Shown: piece by piece, positions 30,515 to 39,510 of the stretch
Position numbering within the stretch: position 1 is the first letter of the stretch
Layout of the letters: every line of letters begins with the position of its first letter
Assembly: GCA_040220235.1 (NCBI GenBank)
Contig: JAVJTO010000013.1
Source of the DNA: Coleofasciculus sp. B1-GNL1-01
Lineage (GTDB): Bacteria; Cyanobacteriota; Cyanobacteriia; Cyanobacteriales; Coleofasciculaceae
DNA: 64,000 nt
Reading direction: 5' to 3' (one strand)
The notes under the pieces: generated by a model
Databases searched by the model: none
The model's input: only the letters and a program-made list of their open reading frames with translations
What the model was told of the DNA's origin: nothing
Position numbers and translations under genes: made by a program

Positions 30515-33500
30515 TTACAGGTTCGGCGTTGACGTTAGGGGAACACTGTTCCCTGTTTTTTGTTCCCCGTTCCCTACTCTCTGTAAATTCAGTTCTTGGA
30601 AAGGTTCAGATGTGCGGGTTAAAATTAAGGTTAAAGGGTCTACCGATTTACCATTAACGTTTAATTGATAGGTTCCTTGAGTTAGCGATTCTAGATAGTA
30701 AACCCCGGCTGCATTGGTCACTGAAAAAATCCGTTTCCCTGACTCGGTATGAATCGCTTCTACTCTCGCCCCCGCGATCGCACGTCCAGCCGCATCAGTA
30801 ACAACGCCAGAACGGGTATAGGAGGGGATTAGGGGAACGTCAACCGGGGTATAGCTTCCCGCCACGACATCCACCGCATAAGCCGTCTCAGGCGCTTGCC
30901 AATCCACCGGAAAGCCAGCCGGATCAAGGTCGAGGCGATAGGTTCCTGGGGGGAGGCGCATCATGATCCGATCATCTTTAATATCGGGTCGTAATGTGCT
31001 AACCAATTGGCTGTTGAGAATCACTAAATTTGGGTCACTAAATCCTTTTTCAGCGGGGTCTTTTTGACCATTTTGATTGTCGTCGAAAAAGGGTTGAATC
31101 ATCACACCGCCTTGGGTGCGGAGGTAGTTGGTGCGGGCGTCGCCTGCGGTGAGTCCACGTTGTAGATTTAAACTAGAGACTAATTGTACACTAAAACTCG
31201 ATTCATCAGAGGTCGCGGAAATGCCTTGATAACGTCCCCGTACTTGTAAACCGGGGATAATTGTAGTTCCTACTGAAGCAATTAAACCCGAACCACGAGA
31301 ACCAACACCATATCCTAGTTCTGCATCCCACAGAGGAATTCCATTGCGGGATTCTTGATGGGAACGATAGCGCCAGGATAGGGTGGTGAGGTGGTCATTT
31401 TGGCTTTGGTTATAGGTGTCAAGTCCCAAAGCAAGGGAGTGACCTTTGTCAAAATTATTTCTGCCAAAATTATATCGCAGTTCCGATTGAGTATTCACTT
31501 CATTGCCAATCGAACGCAGTTCAAATTGATGGAGACGTTGCCATAAATTCCAACGCAAACGGCTTTCACTATCGAAGGTTACTCGGGCAAAGGTAAAGGC
31601 ATTTTTGCTACTAAAGGCGAATTGTACTCCCCCAGCCGTCCCATTGCGACTATCTGTACTTCCGAGTAAGGTAAAACCTGGAGAGATTTGCCAGGAGAGG
31701 TTGAGTCGATCCGAAAAGCGATCGCGAGTAAAACGGGCGGTAAAATTAGAGGAGGGTTCGTATAAAATATCGGCTAAAATATCGGCGTTAATGTCCCAAT
31801 CGGATTCCTCTGTACCGCTTAAGGCGGAAACCGCAACTTTTAAGGGAAAGCCTTCCGGTTGAAAAAAGACTTCCCCTAATCCCCGCAACGATTCATCGTA
31901 AACCGCACCAACGCCCACCGTTAAACTATTGGATACCCCCCAGCGCCCCAACACACCCCCTTGAAAATTGCTAAAATCGCCCAAAATTCCCGAATCAACG
32001 GCTGATAACTGTCGCCGCCACCCCCCAGAGGCAATAAATGCTGTGGTTCCGGTGGGAATGCGCCCAGGTACATTAGAAAACGTGGCATCCCGAATTTCCG
32101 GTTGTTCGGTGAGGTTCGCTTGAGGATAAAGCAAAACCCGATAATAACCGCCTACGCCTTGAGGGTCAAATTCAATGTTTTCAAAGCGATAAACGCCAGC
32201 GGAATCCACCAAGACTTCGGCAATAATTTGGTCACTTAATCCCTGTACCAATCGCACCAAGGTTCCTGGTTCCGCTTCCCCAGAAATTGTGCGACTCATT
32301 TGCGCCGCTTGTAGGCGTTGATTAGGATTATTTTCCCCATAGAGTTGTAGTTTTGGAATAAACCCTTGGCGCTGAATTGTGGTAAATCCCCAATAATCCC
32401 CAGCACTTTGGCTACGCCAAAAGGGAGGTTGAGATCCCAGAATATAATCAGAGGCATCAGTTTGACGTTGATATTGTACCTCCGCTAGACGCCAGGTTTC
32501 TCGGTCAAAAAAATCCGGCTGATTTGCCCGAATTAACCAACTTCCCCCGAAAATACTGCCAACGGCGGTTAAATTTCCTCGGTAGCTAGGGGAGAGAGTT
32601 TGACTCCCATTGGCATCAATCCGTTGTTCTACAGCCGCCAGAGAAAACCCATTCGCCGCAATGCGGGGTAATCCTTCGGTTTGAATGGGTATACGTTGGG
32701 GGCGGGTGGGATTGCGTTGGTTTAACCACGGTGCGGTTATTTGAATCGCGTATTCGATAATATCAAATTCTACCTCAACTTGGAACAGTTCCTGCACTTG
32801 GGCGACAGAAAACACCAGTCCCAATTGGGGGTCAGTTTGCAGTTTGCTGGGGTTAATTCGCACTGTTTGAACAGAGGAACTTAATTCAATTTGATTATCG
32901 GGTAATACTTTTGTCGTTAATTTCAACGCCCGCACTAGGGCATCATAAGGCAAAAACCATTGGTCAAAATTAATCGCAGCGCTGCCATCTTCTTGTCCTC
33001 GGATTAATAAGCCAGAGACAATGTTGCGTTTATTTACATTTAATCCCACCGGAAAGACTATAAACCCGTCGGGAATTTGTGCCACGGGGGAGAGGGAAGG
33101 GTCAAGGGTTAAGGGTTCAGAGTCAGTGGGTGTGGAGGAGTCACCAGAAGTTGTCGCTAGTTCAGGGATAGATGGTGTCGGTTCAACAATATCATTTTTC
33201 TCATCTTCGTGATTTAGTTTTTGAGTCGGAGGCGGTATAATTTCTGGGGGTACTGGGGGTGCGATCGCGTGATTTAAATTAACCGGATTAGACTCAGGTA
33301 CAGCAAGGGTTTCAGGTTCTATGGCAGGGTTAGAAACACTTACGCCCATGGGAGAACCTAATTGTTCAGTACCAGAATATTCCCTATTAAAAATATTAAC
33401 ATCGGTCGAATAATAGTAACCTGCGCCCTTTCCATGTCCAGATGCTTCTGAGAACTCCGGCGCGTTAGCCACAGAGGATTCAGGCGTGAACTGTTCTGGC

Positions 33501-33661
33501 GGCGTCGGTTTAGCTGAATCTAACGCCTTCTGTGGGGAAGTAGTCGCAGGAATTGAATGGGATTTTAATCCTAAAGATGGTGTTACCTGGGTTGTTTGTT
33601 GAGATAGAGAAAAATTGATAATTGCAGGTGGATGAGGAGGGGGCGTGTGAATCATGATCAA
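30515..33661 (-). CDS. Usher-like outer-membrane assembly protein candidate with carboxypeptidase-regulatory-like domains
   Basis: 1048 aa, positioned after the pilin and chaperone genes. A long stretch of alternating beta-strand-like sequence runs through ...RFSDRLNLSWQISPGFTLLGS...RWNLWQRLHQFELRS...LSWRYRSHQE.... The C-terminal GVVTDAAGRAIAGARVEAIHTESGKRIFSVTNAAGVYYLESL is a CarboxypepD_reg-like motif. The usher call rests on context and composition only. Confidence 0.5.
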   Translation of the reverse strand: MIMIHTPPPHPPAIINFSLSQQTTQVTPSLGLKSHSIPATTSPQKALDSAKPTPPEQFTPESSVANAPEFSEASGHGKGAGYYYSTDVNIFNREYSGTEQLGSPMGVSVSNPAIEPETLAVPESNPVNLNHAIAPPVPPEIIPPPTQKLNHEDEKNDIVEPTPSIPELATTSGDSSTPTDSEPLTLDPSLSPVAQIPDGFIVFPVGLNVNKRNIVSGLLIRGQEDGSAAINFDQWFLPYDALVRALKLTTKVLPDNQIELSSSVQTVRINPSKLQTDPQLGLVFSVAQVQELFQVEVEFDIIEYAIQITAPWLNQRNPTRPQRIPIQTEGLPRIAANGFSLAAVEQRIDANGSQTLSPSYRGNLTAVGSIFGGSWLIRANQPDFFDRETWRLAEVQYQRQTDASDYILGSQPPFWRSQSAGDYWGFTTIQRQGFIPKLQLYGENNPNQRLQAAQMSRTISGEAEPGTLVRLVQGLSDQIIAEVLVDSAGVYRFENIEFDPQGVGGYYRVLLYPQANLTEQPEIRDATFSNVPGRIPTGTTAFIASGGWRRQLSAVDSGILGDFSNFQGGVLGRWGVSNSLTVGVGAVYDESLRGLGEVFFQPEGFPLKVAVSALSGTEESDWDINADILADILYEPSSNFTARFTRDRFSDRLNLSWQISPGFTLLGSTDSRNGTAGGVQFAFSSKNAFTFARVTFDSESRLRWNLWQRLHQFELRSIGNEVNTQSELRYNFGRNNFDKGHSLALGLDTYNQSQNDHLTTLSWRYRSHQESRNGIPLWDAELGYGVGSRGSGLIASVGTTIIPGLQVRGRYQGISATSDESSFSVQLVSSLNLQRGLTAGDARTNYLRTQGGVMIQPFFDDNQNGQKDPAEKGFSDPNLVILNSQLVSTLRPDIKDDRIMMRLPPGTYRLDLDPAGFPVDWQAPETAYAVDVVAGSYTPVDVPLIPSYTRSGVVTDAAGRAIAGARVEAIHTESGKRIFSVTNAAGVYYLESLTQGTYQLNVNGKSVDPLTLILTRTSEPFQELNLQRVGNGEQKTGNSVPLTSTPNL

Positions 33662-33722
33662 AGCAATTTTTCAATTAAAAAATTTTCCAGGAATGACGTA
33701 ATATGGAATATAACCTTCAGGT

Positions 33723-33809
33723 TGTAGAAACCTTGCATGCAACGTCTCTACAATATTTGTGCCGAAATTGTAGAAATTGTAGGGTGCGTTAGCGCAGCGT
33801 AACGCACCA
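33723..33809. repeat. Two palindromic repeats (TGTAGAAACCTTGCATGCAACGTCTCTACA; GGTGCGTTAGCGCAGCGTAACGCACC)
   Basis: Read directly in the chaperone-usher spacer. The second family recurs at 38,771-38,797. Confidence 0.85.
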
Positions 33810-33854
33810 TTAATCTGTAATACTTTACCGCTATCGCCTAACCCTGATTGAATA

Positions 33855-34679
33855 TCAGCTATTTGGAATCGTGAAATTCAGATCAAACGGAATAGAATTG
33901 TTATTCCCCCAGGTTAAGCTTCCCGTGAGTTGATAGTTCCCCGGAGAAAGGGGAGGAAAATCTGGGCTGAAGAGATTTAAAGGCAAATTACGCTTACTTT
34001 CAGCAATAACCGTACTCGGTAGTAAATGACCTGAATGAATCACTCGTTCTCCTTGACTGAGTGACCAATCTACCTTTGCTTGAGTTGAAGCATTCCCCGT
34101 ATTTTGCACTAAAAGTTGCAGTTGATTAATTGTTTGATTAAAGCTGGCATTCTCAACGCTAATATTAGGCATGACATTGCCTTTCCGGATATAGATATTG
34201 GTGGCGACTCGTGTGGTAATCCCCATAAGATTACTCTTCCCCGCCGCTGCTTCATTCAAGGTTTCAGTAAAAATAGCAGCACGATATTCTCCATCGGGAA
34301 GATTCGGTGCAAGTCGTGCGACTAAGCGCACTCGTCGGGTTGTATTCGGCGGAACCGTGAGTTCTCTGGGAGAGAATTGTAGATAAGAACCTAGATAGTT
34401 TGTAATTGAAGGGAGGGTTTCAAATCCTCTATCACTGTAGGTAAAGGGTTCACTATAAATTCTGGCACGTAAGGGAGTATTAGTGGGATTAATTACATTA
34501 ATTACCGCGTCCACTTGACCCCGATTTGCCTGTTCCTCAATGACTAACGGTGAGGCTCCCATTTGGGCTTGAGCAGGAGGTGTTAACCAAAAGGCGGTGG
34601 ATAATGCCAATGTGCCGATTTGTAGGGCTTGAAGAAGACGGCGAGAATACGTCTTGGATTTTTGTAGAGAAAAGACCAT
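33855..34679 (-). CDS. PapD-like periplasmic fimbrial chaperone candidate
   Basis: Signal peptide ending PPAQA|QMG. SPLVIEEQANRGQVDAVINVINPTNTPLRARIY and LQFSPRELTVPPNTTRRVRLVARLAPNLPDGEYRAAIF match the two conserved strand regions of PapD-family chaperones. Two Ig-like halves. Confidence 0.6.
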   Translation of the reverse strand: MVFSLQKSKTYSRRLLQALQIGTLALSTAFWLTPPAQAQMGASPLVIEEQANRGQVDAVINVINPTNTPLRARIYSEPFTYSDRGFETLPSITNYLGSYLQFSPRELTVPPNTTRRVRLVARLAPNLPDGEYRAAIFTETLNEAAAGKSNLMGITTRVATNIYIRKGNVMPNISVENASFNQTINQLQLLVQNTGNASTQAKVDWSLSQGERVIHSGHLLPSTVIAESKRNLPLNLFSPDFPPLSPGNYQLTGSLTWGNNNSIPFDLNFTIPNS

Positions 34680-34728
34680 TTTTCTTATCCTGAAAGGGTT
34701 GATTTATGTCTTGAATTCGAGAAATAAT

Positions 34729-34761
34729 CTAGGGGAAACGTATTCCCTGGATTTCCCCTAG
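34729..34761 (-). terminator. Strong hairpin between the pilin and chaperone genes (possible attenuator / partial terminator)
   Basis: CTAGGGGAAA-N13-TTTCCCCTAG, a 10-bp stem, lies 35 nt after the pilin stop. It is followed on the minus strand by ATTATTTCT. Confidence 0.5.
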
Positions 34762-34795
34762 AATCATCACTCAAAGCTTGGTAGACGCGATTGAT

Positions 34796-35284
34796 TTATA
34801 ACGCTGTAGCGGTCATGGTCACACCGAATTGATAATCACCTGCTGGCAGTACGGTTCCATGATCAGCGCTCATATCAACAGTTAGGTTGGTATCACCTAG
34901 GACTAATGCCCCCGTCGCTACGCCAAGGGTGTCATCTACGGTAATATTTAGTGAGGCAGCTCCTGTACCCGCCACCGTAGCGCTTTTGACGGTAGTGGCG
35001 TCATTGTAATCTACGGGTGCTGTTTTAATTGCTGGAGCATTGACATTTAGCGTTGCGGGTCCAGAACAGGTTACGGTTACGGTACCAGGGGTTGCTCCTG
35101 TGCTGGTCAGGGTACTATTAGTTGGCGCGGTTAATGTGCCATCTACTTTGTTACTGAATGTGCAAGAGTTGGTGACAGTTCCCCCAAATAAAACCTCTAC
35201 GGGGTTGGCTTGAGCGGTTGATACAAATGCTAGAGTGCTGCTGAGAACAACGGCGGAAGCTATTAAAGTTTGACGAATCATCAT
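34796..35284 (-). CDS. Secreted fimbrial-subunit candidate (spore-coat-U / Csu-type pilin-like)
   Basis: Signal peptide ...VSTAQA|NP, a Cys pair (NSCTF ... VTCSG) and Thr/Val-rich beta composition. The C-terminus LPAGDYQFGVTMTATAL resembles the AGxYxxxvTvTv end of SCPU-domain subunits. Confidence 0.6.
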   Translation of the reverse strand: MMIRQTLIASAVVLSSTLAFVSTAQANPVEVLFGGTVTNSCTFSNKVDGTLTAPTNSTLTSTGATPGTVTVTCSGPATLNVNAPAIKTAPVDYNDATTVKSATVAGTGAASLNITVDDTLGVATGALVLGDTNLTVDMSADHGTVLPAGDYQFGVTMTATAL

Positions 35285-35935
35285 TTACTCCTTGAATTGA
35301 TTGAATAAGAACAGTGAAAGGTACACCCTGAACTTGTTTGATTTGTCTGTGTCTGTGCTTGCGTGGGAGTCAGATTTGACTGACAATCACAATTTAACAA
35401 GGCGTCAATGATGGAAAAATCCGCAGGATCTGGTATCTTTTGTCAGTACGTAAGTTCCCCTAATGCTGTACCTACGTAGTCCCTACGTAGACATTTTTAG
35501 GTAAGCCTACTGAGTAGGCGTAGCAGTTTCCAAGTGTATGAAGTACACGCAAGCGAGTATGATGGAGCTTGCTTCTCAAAGGCAGCGAGTTCTCAACCGT
35601 TAACTTTTATTGTCCCTACCTACTTACCTTGATTTGACCCATCGCTAACCCTCCATTTGTCAACCCCACCCTAACCCTTCCCTTATCAAGGGGAGGGAAC
35701 TCGAATGGCTTTGGTTAGGGGGGTTAAGGTTAAGGCAATGAGAGTTCAAACGTCTCACACGGAAAAGCTTTTCACCTTGAATTGGCACGGATGAAAGCTT
35801 GCGCCCCCACCGATTTACTATGCCTGAGGAAGAATACGTCAAGACCGTTGAGCGTATATAATTAGGAACTCGTTGTTTAGATAAAAGAGTCGAAGGTAAT
35901 AAAAGAGCTGCCTAGCTGACTACCCGAATATTGAA

Positions 35936-37081
35936 ATGAGTCATCAACCGATAGAACCCTCAAGCTTAAAGAATGAACAGTGTTTCCGGACAATATTTGA
36001 GGCAAGCCCTCTGGGGATCGCCATAGTAGGATTGAACCAGCACTTCATCAAAGTCAATCCCCTGTTTTGTCAAATTGTGGGTTATTCAGCATCGGAATTA
36101 ACTCAACTCAGGTTTACAGATATCACGCATCCTGATGATCGCAAACTGAGCCTTCAACGTGAACAGCAGCTAAGCCAGGGTAAACTTTCACGCCACCGGA
36201 TTGACAAACGCTACATCCGCAAAGATGGAGAAGTCGTTGAAGTTCATTTGTCGGGGTCTATCATTCGAGATCAACAGAATAACCCCCTCTATTATTTAAA
36301 GATGATTGAGGAAATTAGCGAACGCCAGCAAACTCAGCCTCAAGCCTTACTCAAAGAACAGGAATTCAAGACACTCAAATCTCGCTTTATCGCCAGAGTA
36401 TCCCATGAGTTTCGTACCCCTCTTAGTCAAATTTCCCTGTTTACCCAGTTATTAGAGCGTTACGATGAACGCTGGTCAATTGAGCAAAAAGCTGACTATT
36501 TCCGGCGAATTCACACCTCGATCACATCCATGACCCAATTATTGGATGATGTGCTGTTTATCGGCAAAGCCGACGCTGAAAAGGTGAGAAGTACCACAAA
36601 ACTATTTGATCTGGCAAGCTTTTTGGAGAGGATGATCACTGAAGTCCAACAGCGAACGCAGCAGAAATGCTCGATTCAATGGCGCAATCCCAGCTTCAGC
36701 CTACCCGTCTATCTCGATCCCACCCTCGTTGAGCGTATCATGATCAATTTACTCGATAATGCGGTTAAATATTCCGTTTCAGGAGATACAGTATATATAG
36801 GCTTAACCCGTGATCATGAACAGGTGACTCTCCAAATCCAAGACCAAGGGATTGGTATCCCTGCTGAAGACTTGCCATACCTGTTTGAATCGTTCCATCG
36901 CGGCAAAAATATCGGGAACCGTCCGGGTACAGGTTTGGGATTGACGATTGTTAAGCAGTGTGTGGACGTACAGCAGGGACAGATTGAAATCACCAGTGAA
37001 ATCGGGGTTGGTACAACTGTCACTCTTATCTTTCCTGTAACCTCCTGGAATTCTAGTCATGATCAAGATTTTGGTAATTGA
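35936..37081 (+). CDS. PAS-domain sensor histidine kinase
   Basis: PAS region (FRTIFEASPLGIAIV...), H-box SHEFRTPLS, N box LLDNAVKYS, and G boxes DQGIGI and GTGLGLTIV. Confidence 0.9.
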   Translation: MSHQPIEPSSLKNEQCFRTIFEASPLGIAIVGLNQHFIKVNPLFCQIVGYSASELTQLRFTDITHPDDRKLSLQREQQLSQGKLSRHRIDKRYIRKDGEVVEVHLSGSIIRDQQNNPLYYLKMIEEISERQQTQPQALLKEQEFKTLKSRFIARVSHEFRTPLSQISLFTQLLERYDERWSIEQKADYFRRIHTSITSMTQLLDDVLFIGKADAEKVRSTTKLFDLASFLERMITEVQQRTQQKCSIQWRNPSFSLPVYLDPTLVERIMINLLDNAVKYSVSGDTVYIGLTRDHEQVTLQIQDQGIGIPAEDLPYLFESFHRGKNIGNRPGTGLGLTIVKQCVDVQQGQIEITSEIGVGTTVTLIFPVTSWNSSHDQDFGN

Positions 37082-37754
37082 AGATGATGATAACTTGCGG
37101 GCGGGTATGTTGGCATTACTGGAAGCTGAACAATTCCAAGCCTTCGGTGCAGAAAATGGTCGAGTGGGTTTGGAGTTGGTGCGACAACATTTACCCGATG
37201 TGATTATTTGCGATATCATGATGCCAGATTTAGATGGGTATGGCACTCTACAAGCGCTCAAACAAGACCCAGTAATGGCTCAAATTCCGTTCATCTTCTT
37301 AACCGCTTTAACCGATCGCGTGGATATGCGTCAAGGGATGGAATTGGGGGCGGATGATTTTTTAACCAAACCCTACAGTATCGACGAACTGCTCAACGCT
37401 ATCGCCTCAGTTCTAGGTAAACAGGCAATCCATCAGCAGCGTACCACAAGCGAACGCGATCGCGCCGAGTCCCTCCAACAACAATTACAGGCGCTGCAAG
37501 AAATTAGTGCGACGAAAGATGATCTGTTAGAAAAATTATTGGAAGATTTGGCAGATCCAATATCTACCATCACAATAACGATTGAATTGCTAGAGTCAGC
37601 CCCCACCGAACCCCGTCGTCAGGTCTATTTGAAAAGTTTACGAGAAGAATTTAATCGTCAAGTTGAACTGATTAATCAAGTGGCTGAACTGAAAAAACTA
37701 CTCACACCGGAAAATATTAAACTCTTGCGTAAACTTCCCCTGCTGAAGCGATGA
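37059..37754 (+). CDS. Response regulator: REC domain fused to a His-less DHp-like helical domain
   Basis: REC is ILVIEDDDNLR...ICDIMMPDLDG...TKP. The C-terminal LLEKLLEDLADPISTITITIELL aligns with an H-box (fxSHELRTPLTxI) but has E in place of His. There is no ATPase domain. It overlaps the upstream HK by 23 nt. Confidence 0.85.
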   Translation: MIKILVIEDDDNLRAGMLALLEAEQFQAFGAENGRVGLELVRQHLPDVIICDIMMPDLDGYGTLQALKQDPVMAQIPFIFLTALTDRVDMRQGMELGADDFLTKPYSIDELLNAIASVLGKQAIHQQRTTSERDRAESLQQQLQALQEISATKDDLLEKLLEDLADPISTITITIELLESAPTEPRRQVYLKSLREEFNRQVELINQVAELKKLLTPENIKLLRKLPLLKR

Positions 37755-37808
37755 AAAACACCATCGGTAGGACGTCGTACTCTGATTTCGATGACTGTGG
37801 TACACTAG

Positions 37809-38468
37809 ATGATCGACAATGAATGCAGTGGTTCCCAACAATTCATAGTTTATCTAAATCATTCAGATTTCGTGCTGTTATTAATTAGCGATTATCCCAA
37901 CTTTTTAACTACCGCCAAAGACTATTTGCAAGACCAAGGCAACTATCAAGTCACTGCCTTCAGCAATTATCAGGATGTTTTGCCGATGCTATCGAGTGGT
38001 CTTCCTGATTGCATTATCGGTGATCTGAGGGGGCGACATCAAGAGAGTTATGCATTCGTCAAATCCCTTCGAGACAATCCGCGCACTCGTTCCATTCCCT
38101 TCATTTTCCTGCATTCCCCAAACGGACTACCGGACTCGATTCAGGCTTTAAGTGCAGGGTGCGATCGCTATCTGATGAAACCCTTTTTACCGAAAAATTT
38201 ACTCACCGAAATAAAAACGGCTCTCAGCTCAATTGTGACAATTCAACCGACTCAAGAATTGAGTTCCCCAGTCAATGATAGCGTGCGCTTAACGCCTACG
38301 GAAAAAAAAGTTCTCGCTTTAATTGTGCAAGGGCTATCGAATCGGGAAATTGCCGCGAACCTCTCAATCAGCCTGCGTACCGCCGAAACCCATGTCAGCA
38401 ATATTTTGGGCAAAACGGGATTACCTAATCGGACTAAACTTGCAGCCTGGGCGTTAGGTGAACATTGA
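37809..38468 (+). CDS. LuxR/NarL-family response regulator
   Basis: REC-like domain (IIGDL...MKPF) plus a C-terminal HTH, LTPTEKKVLALIVQGLSNREIAANLSISLRTAETHVSNILGK. Confidence 0.85.
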   Translation: MIDNECSGSQQFIVYLNHSDFVLLLISDYPNFLTTAKDYLQDQGNYQVTAFSNYQDVLPMLSSGLPDCIIGDLRGRHQESYAFVKSLRDNPRTRSIPFIFLHSPNGLPDSIQALSAGCDRYLMKPFLPKNLLTEIKTALSSIVTIQPTQELSSPVNDSVRLTPTEKKVLALIVQGLSNREIAANLSISLRTAETHVSNILGKTGLPNRTKLAAWALGEH

Positions 38469-38583
38469 CATGGCTACTGGAGCGTTGATACTCACCCGGT
38501 TAAAACGTGGGTTATTCTTAGGCTGATTTTGCCTTAGTTCATCCGCTCAACAAGGTAAAATAGCAGCATACCCCCAACTGGAT

Positions 38584-38712
38584 AAGCTGTTCGGCATTTA
38601 AACCTTAATGTCAATAATGACGAAATCCTTGTAGTAGTGCGTTTAGCGAAGCCATGCCGCAGGCTTTGCATCTTGCTCGCTACCCATTCCCAATTTAAAT
38701 GCATGACAGCTT
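38584..38712 (+). mobile_element. MITE family B, copy 1 (~129 bp)
   Basis: Terminal inverted repeats AAGCTGTTCGGCATTTAAA ... TTTAAATGCATGACAGCTT. Other copies lie at 42,437, 43,092 and 43,258. Confidence 0.8.
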
Positions 38713-38714
38713 AA

Positions 38715-38764
38715 CTACGCCCTTGAGGAATATTGCCTCAACCACTGCGCCAACTCATCTTCAG
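38715..38764 (-). pseudogene. Remnant of a second doc toxin gene (last ~16 codons plus stop)
   Basis: The minus strand encodes EDELAQWLRQYSSRA*, matching the C-terminus EDELAQWLRQYSSKEA of doc. The nucleotide match to 29,768-29,817 is nearly continuous. There is no upstream ORF. Confidence 0.7.
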
Positions 38765-38920
38765 TTATATGGTGCGTTACGCTATCGCTAACGCACCCTA
38801 CATATAGAACATATAGAGCCTTTGCGTTAGTTCTCAGGTGTGCCACGCCAGTAGGTTTTGACGTTTCACGGGAGCTAGGGCGGTAGAATAGCAGGATGCC
38901 CTCAACTTGATAGATATCCC

Positions 38921-39322
38921 ATGTATCGCTTACGTTCTCTCCCTTGGCGATCGCTACTCGAAATCTCAGGGATTACCACTGCGATCGCGATCGTCCTTGA
39001 AATTATCATCGGCTTAGGCGTCACCCAATCCGCCGCGATCCGCGAGATGATCCAGTTTCTCTATACTCCTCCCCTAGGGATGATCATCACCTTAATGGCT
39101 GCGGCGGGATTTGGAGTTCTCGCGGTTTATATTCTAGAACGCTTTTATCCTCAAGTTTTGATCAACAATAGCAGCTTGTGGGCATTAATCCCCTGTTTAG
39201 CCCTGACGTTGGGGTTAAAATCACTGTTGCCTGTACCTGCTTTCTTGGTAAGTTTAAGTTATACCAACTTATTTGCCGTTCTCGTTGGTGTATTTTGGAA
39301 AGGGCGTCCCTATTGGCGCTAG
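38921..39322 (+). CDS. Small integral membrane protein, unknown function
   Basis: 133 aa with about four hydrophobic helices. No motif recognised. Confidence 0.5.
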   Translation: MYRLRSLPWRSLLEISGITTAIAIVLEIIIGLGVTQSAAIREMIQFLYTPPLGMIITLMAAAGFGVLAVYILERFYPQVLINNSSLWALIPCLALTLGLKSLLPVPAFLVSLSYTNLFAVLVGVFWKGRPYWR

Positions 39323-39390
39323 CAAACTGAGTTCAAGATTAGCCGTAAATCAACAATAGACTTAGACATTGCCCATTGCATAAGACACAC

Positions 39391-39509
39391 CGAGCGTGTT
39401 ACTGAGCGTGTTACTGAGCGTGTTACTGAGCGAAGCCGAGGTAAGTCGAGGTAAGTCGAGGTGTTGCCTATTGCCTGTCTCTATCACAAGACTTATTCAG
39501 CCACCACTA
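39391..39509 (-). repeat. Short family-A-related element with internal 12-mer x3 and 10-mer x2 tandem repeats
   Basis: In gene-sense orientation it reads ATTAGTGGTGGCTGAATAAGTCTTGTG ... CACCTCGACTTACCTCGACTTACCTCGG ... (CTCAGTAACACG)x3. It starts 1 nt after the antiporter stop. An inverted counterpart lies at 42,411-42,635. Confidence 0.75.
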
Positions 39510-39510
39510 A

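Noticed and set aside
35360-35385. cAMP-receptor (SYCRP1/CRP) binding site upstream of the pilin-like gene
   Set aside because: Only one good half-site (TCACA) is present. The best partner is TTTGA at N7 spacing, which does not fit TGTGA-N6-TCACA.
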